Assembly (NCBI RefSeq): GCF_006345805.1
Contig: NC_043000.1
Coordinates: 9,238,001-9,302,000, forward strand
Direction of reading: 5' to 3'
Length of the DNA: 64,000 bases
Origin: Octopus sinensis
Taxonomy: Eukaryota
The position numbers and the translations under genes are program-made. Below are positions 1 to 12,131 of this stretch, piece by piece. The notes under the pieces were generated by a model. It was given only the letters and a program-made list of their open reading frames with translations, had not been told where the DNA came from and did no database searches. Positions within the stretch are counted from its first letter, which is position 1. Each line of letters begins with the position of its first letter.

Positions 1-214
1 CTTCAGGCAAAATATATTACGTTTTTGATTAATATATTTTTAATTAATGTATTTTAGTAGACTTTATGAGTTAACAAAGTTCTACGTTTTGTTACTTTCA
101 GTAGATTATTTCGCCGATTTATGCAAACCTTTCTGTTTTTTCACAGAGCAAAAGCAAAAACGTCCTTCCTCTGCGAAAACCGGAACTATATATATATATA
201 TATATTATATTATA

Positions 215-278
<64 letters not shown>

Positions 279-611
279 GCATGTATGTATACACGTCTTT
301 ATCTACTTTCTTTTATTTCACGCATTCATATTTTTTTACATATATATATATACATACATGTATATTTATATCCATAGTATGTATGTTTTTATATATACAT
401 ATATATATATATTATTGAAATGGATAAATGTTACGGATTATTCAAAAGATAACCGATACCTGGGTAGCAAAAAATCACAACAGAAAAATCACGGTTGAGG
501 TTACGACCATGGGGTCTCAAACCCGTGCCTTAGTGCGGAAATTTGAAGTTTATATATTTAGTGTAGGAAGAAATGGAGCTGAACGAAGATTTAACAAAAT
601 TCCTTTTTATT

Positions 612-697
612 ATTTTCTACATATGTTTCAAAGGCTGCAAAGTCCCTAATTCGGATTGAATAAGGAGACCATTTTGCAGCCTTCTCTTCAGGAAAAT
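612..697 (-). ncRNA. Type I hammerhead ribozyme, extended stem II
   Basis: Minus strand reads ATTTTC CTGAAGA GAAGGCTGCAAA..TTTGCAGCCTTT GAAA CATATG TA GAAAAT. Stem I ATTTTC/GAAAAT, core CUGAAGA, palindromic stem III ACATATGT, GUA site with predicted cut between 618 and 617. Confidence 0.88.
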
Positions 698-1275
698 CCA
701 GGAACTTAATTCTCCAACAAAATGCACATCAAACTTTTCGACAAACGCTCGCGAGGAGCCCATGGGAAAAATGGCAGAAAACTGTCTCTCAATATGCGTT
801 GACGCCAGGCTGGGTGAAAGCCGACGAAAAAGTCCGTTGAGATAAATCAAGGTCAAAATCCGGCTAAAAGGGGGGAGGGTTACAGGAAAATCAAAGAGTG
901 TGAATGTATTCTGTATGACTGGTGTTAATATTCGAATTGTTTTAAGAATGAGTGCTATAGTGTTTGAGTGTGAGAAATTGCCTACATGTATGTGTGTGTG
1001 CGCCTATGTATGTGTGGCAATGTGTTTAGAAGGCTGCAAGGGAGAGAGATATAGCAGCTATTAATGGTCAAGCAGCTGAAAAAAACTGTGTCTGTGTGTT
1101 CCTCTGTAACCAGTTGGTAGAGGGATGGAATGTCAACAATGGGAGGATACAGTGACATCCCTGAAAGCAGTTGTAGATAAGTAGCAGTTCTTACGCTAAT
1201 AGGGGAGTGACTTACAAATTTAATTCAAAATTTTTTTCTTTTCTTAGGAAATCAAGGGGTTAACTATCTTAGACT

Positions 1276-1761
1276 TCATTGGAATGCAAGAAATGTGTGC
1301 CGCTTCCAGTGCGGGCATCAAAAAGAATTTTGCACAATCGAGTTAACAAGTTGCCCTCGGGCGAACAGAATATGAAATAGTTCCGAGTTGCAAAGATTAC
1401 AGATTCTTTTGCCTCTATCAAACGGTAAAGACACCGATAAAATCGACCATTCCAGTCTAAAGGTTGAATTCGCGTTCTTCAAACGCCAGACTAATTTACT
1501 TAGTCCCGTAGCGTGTTGCTTTCCAAAATCGCGAAACGTTGAGAAATGATTCGATATTCTAACAGCCAATTTCGATGATGAAGCTCCGATATACATGTAG
1601 ACATCTGAATCAGTATAAACTGTGCACTGGTAAATGGCGTTTCTAATATTGGAATTACTAGATAAGAACCTTATTCTATTGGGGTTGGCGTCCGATATTA
1701 ATACGGCGTTCTTATTACTATGATGATTGTAAAAACTATGGCTGTCTTCGACATTATTCAT
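1276..1761 (-). pseudogene. PLE-type GIY-YIG endonuclease, one in-frame TGA at 1318-1320
   Basis: AIYQCTV..MYIG..R..H..F..T.LSK..W.LK..WSIL..CNLCNSE..; reading through the TGA adds CPHWKRHTFLAFQ*, completing a CxxC..CxH tail. Confidence 0.85.
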
Positions 1762-1939
1762 CCCATTATCAATACTATTTAATGCAATATCGCCTATATA
1801 CTCCCTGCCACTGAGAACGCTGTGATTGCTAATGTCCGTGATACTACTGCTGTTAAAACCGCTGCTAATATGTAGAAAATAATAAAATAATAAAAAGGAA
1901 TTTTGTTAAATCTTCGTTCAGCTCCATTTCTTCCTACAC

Positions 1940-1992
<53 letters not shown>

Positions 1993-1994
<2 letters not shown>

Positions 1995-3592
1995 CTTTGA
2001 TACTTTGATACTTTGATTGGTTTCGGCCATTATTGGCCCAGGCCATGTCTAACTTAATAGCCCCACCTGGTGAAGTCTTTCAAGTCAGAATTTGGGCACT
2101 ATGGCCCACTCAAGTAGAGAGTTATTGTTTACAGAGACATATCCGGGTGTAGGGGGTTTATCCGGGATTTCTTGAAGGAATCTGTCCAAAGACTTCTTGA
2201 ACCCTATAGGGTCAGTTTCTGTTTTAATGTGTTTTGGTGTAATGTTAAAGAGAGCGGGGCCAATTGAGGTGAAATAATTGTGCCGTATTGTTGTTATGAG
2301 ATGAGAGTGCGATTTTTGCTTTGGCGGATGGCACGGGGCCCAAGCCTTGGATGTACCTTAAAGGTGATGCCAACATCATTTGGGCAATGCTGATGGAATA
2401 TTTTCCACATCATGCAGATGATGTAGCGCTCACGACGACGTTGGAGAGAATAGAGTTTTAGCTTTTCTAGTCGACCCCAATAGTCGAGGCCTGTCATGCC
2501 ATCTATCTTTTTTGTGATTGCCCTTTGAGGTGCTTCAACTTTTATGATACCTTGTATTTGGGGGGAGACCACAGTGGACAACAGTATTCAAGGTGGGGTC
2601 GGGCAAAAGTGGAGAAGAGAAGGATAATGGTGTGGATATCTCTCGACTGGAAAGTTCTGAGAATCCAGGAACACATTCTGCGGGCCATGTCAACTTTGGT
2701 GTTTATATGAGTGGCCCAGCTTACTTTGTTGTCCACAATTACTCCCAAGTCTCTGATGTTGTTGGACGCCGCGAGAGTTTCACCTGAAGGAAGGGAGTAT
2801 GGGAGTTTCAGGGCATCCTCTTTTCCAAAGTGGATTAGCTCAAATTTATCCTCGTTCAGCAGCATATTGTTTTTTTCTGCCCATTGGATAACAGCCAGTA
2901 GATCTGACTGAAGGCATGTCCGGTCACTCGCCTCATTTATGACCTTCTGTAGCTTGGAGTCATCTGCAAAGATTTTTATGTTGCTGTGCTTGATGATGTC
3001 ATTAATGTCATTAATGTAAATGATGAAAAGAAGTGGGCCCAGCACAGTGCCTTGCGGAACGCCACTTCTGACTTTGGCTGGGCTTGATTTTACCCCTTCA
3101 ACTACAACATGTTGAGATCTGTCTGTCAGGAAACACTTAATCCATTTCAGTAACTTTCCAGAGACACCAATGTTGGATAGTTTTTTCAATAGGATCTTGT
3201 GATCGACCCTGTCGAAGGCCTTACTGAAATCAAGGTAGATGACATCGGTGTTGGAGCCCTCTCCCAAAGCTCTCAAAATGTCCTCAAAGTGATGCAGGAG
3301 CTGCGTTAGGCAGTCCCTTCCATTACGGAACCCATGTTGGTTGGAGATCAGCCGCTGTTGCTTTCCAGAAATTGGGTTATTCGAGATCTCACCACCCTCT
3401 CAAATACCTTGATGATATGAGAGGTGAGTGAGATCGGACGGTAATTCACTGCAAGGGACTTGTTCCCTTTTTGAAAATGGGACAACAGACTGGGAGAAGG
3501 TTTTTTGGAATATAGCCAGCATCCAGTGAGTTTCTCCACGATTAGCAAGGGGAGATGCAAGTTGGTGTCGACACACCTTCAGGACACAAGCA
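1993..3592 (-). mobile_element. 5'-truncated CR1-group LINE (RT and C-terminus, frameshifted)
   Basis: [58 protein letters not shown]; 3' tail (TCAAAGTA)3 running into (TA)n. Confidence 0.93.
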
Positions 3593-3594
3593 TA

Positions 3595-3636
<42 letters not shown>

Positions 3637-3878
3637 GAATGAGAGAGAGAACGACAGACAGACAGTGACAGAGGGACATAGATAGATATGCATAATATCT
3701 TATATATTTTTATATATATGTATGCATATATTCATATGTATATAATATATATATATAATATATATATATATATATAACATATATATATATATATATACAT
3801 ACATATATATATATATGCATATATATATATATATATATAATACATACACTCACATATATATATATACGTATATATATA

Positions 3879-3924
<46 letters not shown>

Positions 3925-4467
3925 TACATACATATATGCCTTTCACACTTCGTGAACTTGGCCATCAATGGCTTTTGTGAGAGTGAACAGTGTAATATAG
4001 AAGGAATTAAAGCGATAACAATTTGCAAAGTTTAAATTATATTTCTTTCTAGTTTGCATGCTGCTAGTATACACATAGTTGCAAAGAAACATTGAAACTC
4101 TTTGTCTGACTGAGAAGAGGAAACATATAGCATGTGTGTTTGCTATGAGCTGGGTAGTCACTCATCGGAAAATGTAAGACGTTTGGAACAAAATTTTGTT
4201 TTCCTTGTATGTAATAAAATAATTTTACTCTTCTCCGCAAGATTATTTTAGTACTTACCACACGTAATAACTACACGTGTCTTATTGAAATTTGGAATAA
4301 AGTTGGTATGGCTATGATATTACTGATACCTGTACTAAAACTGCACAATACCATTATATATATAAATATATACACTTGTTTTGCAAGATTCTTGATGTGA
4401 AATCGTGTGTTGAACAGATGTCTAAACAGCAAATATGACCATTCCTAAATACAACAACATATATATA

Positions 4468-4523
<56 letters not shown>

Positions 4524-5238
4524 CCACATAACTAAACACGTTTTAAACTTCGTATACTGGTAAAATGTGTTATAAAACATCTTTTTCTCTTGGCTTTATT
4601 AAGAAAATTCTATAGTTTGTAAGATATTTGTTGTTTTTTCTTCAATTTCAACCAATCAATGACGTCTACTAAGGTGAAAACATTCTGTGCCGTATGAATA
4701 TGTCCCTCGTTTAAGAAACCTGTCTTTTACCGTTTATAATTTGTACCGTCGTTACTGTCCTGTTTTTATTACCATTTTTACCCCTCTGCGAAAAGATCTC
4801 AGAATTTTAATTGATTTGCTTTTCGCAGGAAGGAAAGTTTCTTGTCGAAGATACGTCTCGCTTTTATCCTTCGAAACGTAGAGTAGATGAAACCATAGCG
4901 ACTGAAGAAGGGTTTTTTTCTTTGTGTTAATTGTCCTGTACTCTATTTTTTTGTTGCTTTAAAAAAATCTCCAGTTCCTTTGGTTTGTGTCTATGTTTTC
5001 GTTTCTCATTGTGTTCCACGTCCCTTTGGTGTCCTGCTCTCATATATGCGTGTATATGTACAGTAGAGGTAGGTACGTACATATATGTTTATATATATGC
5101 ATATGTTTTATTTTATTTATTAATATATATATATATATAATATCTATATATATATATATAATATGTATAATGTATGTATGTATGTATGTATGTAATGTAT
5201 GTATGTATGTATATATATATTATATATATATAATATTA

Positions 5239-5400
5239 TCGAGACAAAACCACTATTTTGCAAAACAAACAAGGAAAGACTGAATTAATACATAAAATTT
5301 TAATAAATAGTCAAAAAAACCGCCACTACAATCGTTTCTTGTCTTGATCGACAATCTTCAGGTGGACTTCCAATCTAAAAATCAATATTTTAAAATATAA
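5239..5400 (-). mobile_element. Non-coding hammerhead-plus-tail element, same family as 55795-56139
   Basis: Tail sequence (TCGAGACAAAACCACTATTTTGCAAAACAAACAAG..) shared with 55875-56139; hammerhead inside. Confidence 0.7.
5323..5365 (-). ncRNA. Minimal type I hammerhead ribozyme
   Basis: CCAC CTGAAGA TTGTC GATCAA GACAA GAAA CGATTG TA GTGG. All three stems pair and the core is intact; stem II closes with U-A instead of G-C. Confidence 0.85.
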
Positions 5401-5789
5401 AATAATAATTTTAAAATAATAAAGTATGATGAAAAAAATATAAGTTATAATCCATATATAACGTATCTATAATCCATATATAACAATATATAACAATATA
5501 TAAACTAAAAAACCTATCAACAATTAAATATAAAATATAAAATATAAAATATAAAATATAAAATATAAAATATAAACAAAACAAAAAAAATAATAATATA
5601 TAATAATAAACTATATATACACCCATACGCATATACCTAATTATATATAACCATATCTAACTACATACACTAAATCACACACCTATATATATATCCCATA
5701 CATACACATAAAAATGTCTAGGCCACTATAAATAAATAAAATAGCTAAATACTTCAACACAATACTATTCATACTCCCACACACACACA

Positions 5790-7869
5790 CATACAACCCA
5801 CATTCACGCTCTAGAAAACGGACATCACTCAAAACTATGAACGGAGAAATGGAATAAATTGAATTAAAAATTATATCACTTGGTAAAACGAACACTACTT
5901 AAAATTATGAATGAAACAATGCAATAAAACAACAGACAATCGCAAATAGACACAAAGTACTACAAATTCCTTATCAACCTACCAGAAAACCAAAACTCAT
6001 AAAAACATATAATGATAAAATCTCCCTTTACTAAACTCTATAACAACCCTATAGCAATCCCCCTAACCTAAACATTCACACACAAATACACACACGTAAA
6101 CCACACACAACCCACGACATATACAAATACCCACACCACTTACACATACCAATACATACATATAAACCTCAACATATACTCCAAAAACCCACTCACCCCC
6201 ACACAGACAAATAAACACAAAAATTTATGAATAGATTCTTTTATAAAACTACCATGATAGCTAAAACTCACAAAACAAATGATAATAAACCTCCCTTTAC
6301 TAAACCTAAAACATACTTATATAGCAATTCCTTTAACCTATACATTCACACACAAACCCACTCGTAAACCACACACCCATAACAATACAAACTCCCACCC
6401 CACTCACACACACACCCAGAAGTACATAAAGCCTCAACATATACACCAAACAAATTACTTTACCAAGGAACTTAACATATATATAAAAAGTATAACCGCT
6501 CTGGAAACGAACATCTCTAAATTAATGATGGAGAAATGGAATAAATGGAATTAAAAATAAATTCACGTGGCAAAACGAACACCACTCAAAAATTATGAAT
6601 GAAACAATATAATAAAACAACCAACATCGAAAAAGACAAATTACTACGAATTCCCTAAAAAAAACCATGATAAACCAAAACTCTTAAAAAACATATAACG
6701 ATAAAATCTCCCTTTGCTAAACTCTATAACAAACCTATATAGTATCCCCCTAACGTAAACATTCACACACAAACACACACGTAAACCACAGACCCACGAC
6801 TTATACACATACCTAACCTAACTTATAAACCTCCATATACACCAAAACCCCCACTCCCTCCCACACAGACAAATTACTCATACATCCCAAACCTAAATAA
6901 CAAACCCATATACACATTCACACACAACAACACAAACACCCACACAAAACACCACACACAACAGATACATATACTCCCTCACATATACGCATATACATAC
7001 TCACTAAACTCAATATATACAACAATATTTACACACCCACACTCATACAGATAAATAAATTATACACTAAAAAAAAACTCGCACACAATCTCATATACAT
7101 AACACTCCTATGAAAACAACATTAAATACATCGTAATAACCAGAATATCAAAATAACAATATGACATAAAGGTAAATAAAATACATACTTACATTCAGTG
7201 TCAAATTATGAAGTGAAATTAAATTCTTAGCCGTTAAAAAATCAAACCAAAATTACGTTACCATAGAAATAACTTATGTAAAATGAATTGTGAATTAATG
7301 GGTGGAATTGGGGAATTGTAACCGGGTGGACTAGCGTTGCTTGGAATTGGGGAATTGATTAGTGTGGTAGTGAGTAGGCATCGGGAATGGTTGCTGTAGG
7401 TTGTTTGTTAGAGCTGCTAGGGTGAGCTAAAGCTCATAAATGTATATAATGGTTTTTCATGTAGTTTCTTAAAGAATCCATTCATTATAAATTTTTTTAC
7501 GTAGTGTTGTTTTGCTACGTGGATATGTTTTAGTTCCATTTATTCTATTCTCCATTCATAATTTAAATGACGTTTAATTCTATGGCGCGTATTCTCTCTT
7601 TTTTTACATAGTTATTTCTATGGTAACGTATTTTGGTTTGTTTTTTTAAACGGCTAAGAATTTAATTTCACTTCATTATTTGAAATTGACTTGTAGTATG
7701 TATTTTATTTATCCTTATGTCATATTGTTATTTTGATATTCTGGTTAATTACGATGTATTTAATGTTGTTTTCATAGGAGTGTTTATGTATATGAGATTG
7801 TGTGTGAGTTTTTAGTGTATATTTTATTTATCTGTATGAGTGTGGGTGTGTAAATATTGTTGTATATAT
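5790..7869. repeat. Tandem and inverted array of a CA-rich unit (~690 bp period) with a ~270 bp inverted pair
   Basis: Unit head recurs at ~5800 and ~6490 and inverted at ~7480-7600. A sub-unit recurs at ~5990, 6262, 6677 and 6890. 7013-7283 is the reverse complement of ~7602-7869. Confidence 0.75.
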
Positions 7870-8022
7870 CGAGCCATAGTTTTTACAATCATCATAGTAA
7901 TAAGAATATATAAATTTTAACCTTTAAGGCATTTTTGATATGCTGGCCATTGATAAAATTTTTTGCCGAAAATTTTTTATCCTATATTAATTATATATAT
8001 ATATATATATATAAATATTATA

Positions 8023-8120
<98 letters not shown>

Positions 8121-8249
8121 ATTTAGGAATGGTCATATTTGGCAGTTTAGACAACATCTGTTTTCAACACACTATTTCACATCAAGAATCTTGCAATGCA
8201 GTGTATAATATTTAAATTTAGGAGACTTAGTAATTTTAATATTTCTATT

Positions 8250-8293
<44 letters not shown>

Positions 8294-8419
8294 CTATATT
8301 ATATATATATATATATATAATATATATATATATATATAATGTATTGACAATCTCTGTTCAAAGGGTTTATTTACCTAGCTTCGGTGGAATACAGAAGCGA
8401 CACCTACTTGTCTGGCTAC

Positions 8420-8462
8420 GCTGCATTGAAAAGGGGCAATACCCCCGAAACGCGTCTGTAGC
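8420..8462 (+). ncRNA. Decayed minimal hammerhead motif
   Basis: GCTGCA TTGAAAA GGGG CAATA CCCCC GAAA CGCG TC TGTAGC. Stems I-III pair, but the core carries C3U and G8A changes. Confidence 0.65.
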
Positions 8463-8654
8463 TGCCGGCCAATAGTGTGGATCGACTGACCTCCCTTGTT
8501 CAAGAGGTTAATGGATACAGTTTGTGTATTCAATAGCTAACTTAAGGCGATGGCCTCATGGAGCTAATAGCGGACAGCTTTATTCTTATTTTTCTAAGAA
8601 TGCCATATTAGTATGGCGATAACTAATATATATATATATATATATATAATGGTA

Positions 8655-8915
8655 TTATGGCTCAGTGGTTAGCGCATCGAACTTACGATGCTCTAGTTCA
8701 CTCAGCTCTAGAAATGAGTTGCGACGTCACAGGTGTCAAGCTGTATCAGCCTTTGCCATTCCCTTGGATAACACTGGTGGCGTGGAGAGGGGAGGCCGGT
8801 ATACATGGGCGACTGCTGGCCTTCCATAAACAACCTTGCCTGGACTTGTGCCTGGGAGGGTAACTTTCTAGGTACAATTCCACGGTCAGTCATGACCGAA
8901 GAAGGTCTCAAGTAC
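8655..8915 (+). mobile_element. tRNA-head SINE (family also at 57345, 58025, 61765), internally deleted
   Basis: ATGGCTCAGTGGTTAG A-box-like head; body matches the other three copies. Confidence 0.75.
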
Positions 8916-8945
8916 AGGTAGCAGTAATATATATATATATATATA

Positions 8946-9429
8946 CTAGCAGTATCGCCCGGCGTTGCTCGGGTTTGTAAGGGAAATAACTATATAAGCA
9001 TTTTTAGAGAGTTACTTCCCTTATAGATGCCAATTCGGGCTTTCTTAGCCATTTCTGTTTTGGTATCTTCAAGCCATGAAGTCGTTGTTCAAAAGAACGC
9101 TGGTCTCCTTGACAACACTTTACGAGGTTGATTTCCTTACACTCCCTTCCCCACAGCTTTCACGAGGGAGGGAAATGGGGAAAAGCAACAGGTGCAGGTG
9201 TGACCATGGACGCCAACTCCGCCGCCATCGACACACGAAAAAATTATGCATTAAAATGGAATAAAAAATGATGTTAAATTATTTTTAAAATCGTAGACTC
9301 ATCGTAGACGCGCGCTAATACTCAGACGGGCCCGAATTTGGTTAAACTGCACCGCAAAATGTGGGAGTAGTTAGGAATCTAAATCGAAGGGGATAGACAC
9401 TCACACAACTACAGTTTTATATATATAGA
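8946..9429 (-). mobile_element. Non-autonomous Helitron
   Basis: Minus strand A|TCTATATATATAAAACTG...CCCGAGCAACGCCGGG-CGATACTG-CTAG|T: TC start, subterminal hairpin, CTAG end, inserted between A and T. Confidence 0.88.
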
Positions 9430-9908
9430 TATATATATATATGTATATGTATAAAATCTGAAAAATCTGTATGCTAGGCTACTGGTTTTAAATTGATATT
9501 AATTAAATTAATATTCAATTTATCTCCCTCATTATTTAAATGTTTAAATGTTTATATATATATATATTATATATATATAATATATATATATATATAAACA
9601 TATATGTATATTATAGATCAATAAATGGTGGGGTTGTGTTGACCGCACGTGGAGAAATAAGTAAGGAAAAATTTTTTCATGCTGAATTTAATAACACAAC
9701 ACATGCTCATTAATCCCTTTGGATCTTAACACCTCAAGGTAATTTTTTCGTAAACAACCCATAAAACTCAAGAACACAACGAACTCACAATGTATCAGAA
9801 CTTATTTTTTAATTTTTGTACATTTTTAATCATTATTCTTTTACAAAAAAACAATGCAATTTTCTTTTTTTCCCCTTTCTAATTTTTAAAAAAACTTTTT
9901 AAAACATA

Positions 9909-9952
9909 AATATTCTTGACAAGTCATACAATGACGAAAACCGGTTAGCATT
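9909..9952 (+). ncRNA. Decayed minimal hammerhead motif
   Basis: AATATT CTTGACAA GTCAT ACA ATGAC GAAAA CCGG TT AGCATT: perfect stem II, palindromic stem III, altered core, short tail into (TA)n. Confidence 0.55.
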
Positions 9953-10049
9953 CTGCATTTTTAAAAAAAAATTTCCTTACTGTATATATATATATATATA
10001 TATACGTATGTATGTGTGCTTGTATATAAAATAGATACGTACCTCCATG

Positions 10050-10106
<57 letters not shown>

Positions 10107-11173
10107 ATCTATCTATCTATTGTGTGTGTGTGTGTATGTGTGTGTAATTATGTATGTTTACATGTATTCCAACGTAAAAATGTCTAAAATCTTCCGCTCT
10201 TGCACTTGATTGAAGTTAAATGTCATTTTGAGCCTCAAAATGCTAATGTAACGCCTTTTTGATAACTGAAAGAACAATAAAACCTTTGCAATTAAATCAA
10301 TAATTCAAGTTTCACGCACACTTGTAATTTCTCTGGCATTTTATGACTTGAAAATGCAATAATAGGACTCCTGCGGATTTCAGCCAATAAGAAATCTAAC
10401 TGTTGACACAAAAATTGCTAGAATTATTGATATGTTTAACAGGAACTATTGAGACCAGTAAATTTCATTAAGCTGGAAATGCATCGAAACCGACTCGAAC
10501 AAGAAAGTGGCTACTCAAAAGTTCTTTCAAGCCGAACTAATCTTTCAACACTTTTCATTTGATGAAACGTAGAATTCATACCGGTAGAGCAAATCTATTG
10601 ACTGATACTAAAATTACTGTGCCTTTGGGTTAGAAACTAGTACGTCAATGAGAAAGTCAGCATTTACTTCTTTTAAAACTCTAGAGATTAAATTTGGTTA
10701 TATTTCGATCAATAATGTGTGCCTTTCTACTGTTCTCTTTTACAGAGTAAATAGAATGCTATTTCTAAACATGATAACCGTAAATCTATACGGAAAAGAA
10801 GCTTTCTTGTCTGTCAGTATAGAATCCTGTTTTTTTCCTTCTTAAAGTAGCTAATAAAATCTTAGAGATTAAAACCAAACCACGCTAAAGTATGATGCTA
10901 TTTTACTTCATCTATCTCTTCGACTGTGGTGCTATATTTGCAAAAATCATCGGTTGAGTTTGTGTTTTATAGTTAAGTGATGGCAGCGATGGAGCCCACA
11001 CATACTTAATCTATTGAATAGGTTTTCCAAGAGTGTCCAGTATACAGCCCGCAGCAATGTTTATTACGGCCTTGGGTTGTATTTTATTAAAGAAATACTA
11101 TTTTCTTTCAGCTTAAAAATATTCGGCTATGTGTGTGTGTGTGCGTGCGTGCATGTGTGCGTATGTGTGTATG

Positions 11174-11214
<41 letters not shown>

Positions 11215-11935
11215 ACACACAGATACACACACACACACACACACACGCACACATAGCATACATACTGTCTCCCCAAGCCCGACTAAGTTACGGTTTAACC
11301 CTGGGCTGATTCTACTTTGCCATATTAGTGCACCTTACCCACTCTAAGGACTCTTACTTAATAGGATTATATGTGTATATGTCATTAATCAGTTTTATTT
11401 CAAGATTGCTTGCCAATAGGGAAAGAGCTGGTTTCTAACCTAGATCCAAAGCTCAGTCATTGGAATTTCAACATGAAAAACAGGGTATTTTTGTATGTCT
11501 GTATGCATGTATGCATGCATATATGTATGCATGTATGATGTATGTATGTATGTATATATGTATGTGTGTGTGTGTATGTATATGTATATGTATGTATGTG
11601 TGTATATATGTGTGTATGTATGTGTGTATGTATGTACATATGCATGTATGTATGCATGCATGCATGTATGTATGTATGTATATACGTATGTATGTATGTA
11701 TGTATGTATGTATGTATGTATGTATGTATGTATGTATGTATGTATGTATGTATGTTTGTATATATGTATACATGCAGATTTTCTTGTTTTGTTTTATGCA
11801 TGTTTTCTCATGCATATAGTTGCATATCTAGACATGCTCATATATACTTAAATGATAAACTTCCGGAATGTTTTACAGATTTTTACAATTCCAGTGATGG
11901 CTTAGATCTTTAGTCTTCGGATCAGCCTTCTCCTG

Positions 11936-11966
<31 letters not shown>

Positions 11967-11992
11967 GTATGTATGTATGTATGTATGTATGT

Positions 11993-12029
<37 letters not shown>

Positions 12030-12060
12030 CTATCTATCTATCTATCTATCTATATATCAT

Positions 12061-12127
<67 letters not shown>

Positions 12128-12131
<4 letters not shown>

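Larger units (their letters stand above)
560..1940 (-). mobile_element. RT-less Penelope-like element: inverted tail + GIY-YIG ORF + CA-rich 3' region + hammerhead + tail, at (TA)n
   Basis: Terminal inverted repeat AGTGTAGGAAGAAATGGAGCTGAACGAAGATTTAACAAAATTCCTTTTTATTATTTT..CTACATAT at 560-624 and reverse-complemented at ~1869-1940. GIY-YIG ORF and hammerhead lie inside. TA-rich flanks. Confidence 0.8.

Noticed and set aside
1-20. Minus-strand CTGAAG at the window edge as a hammerhead start
   Set aside because: The rest would lie outside the window; cannot be evaluated.
47-498. YIYI-, CVCV-, THTH- and MYVC-type ORFs here and throughout
   Set aside because: Translations of (TA)n, (TG)n and (TATG)n.
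4836-4885. Hammerhead-like TTGTCGA..GAAACGTA
   Set aside because: Core and stems too degenerate to count as a motif.
5400-7280. G-to-A hypermutation as the cause of the G-poor strand
   Set aside because: The bias flips exactly where the repeat inverts and is shared by all units, so it is intrinsic to the repeat.
4370-8205. Inverted ~90 bp pair (4370-4460, 8111-8205) as TIRs of a 3.8 kb transposon
   Set aside because: Both face (TA)n like dispersed tail fragments, and the interval holds unrelated elements and no transposase.
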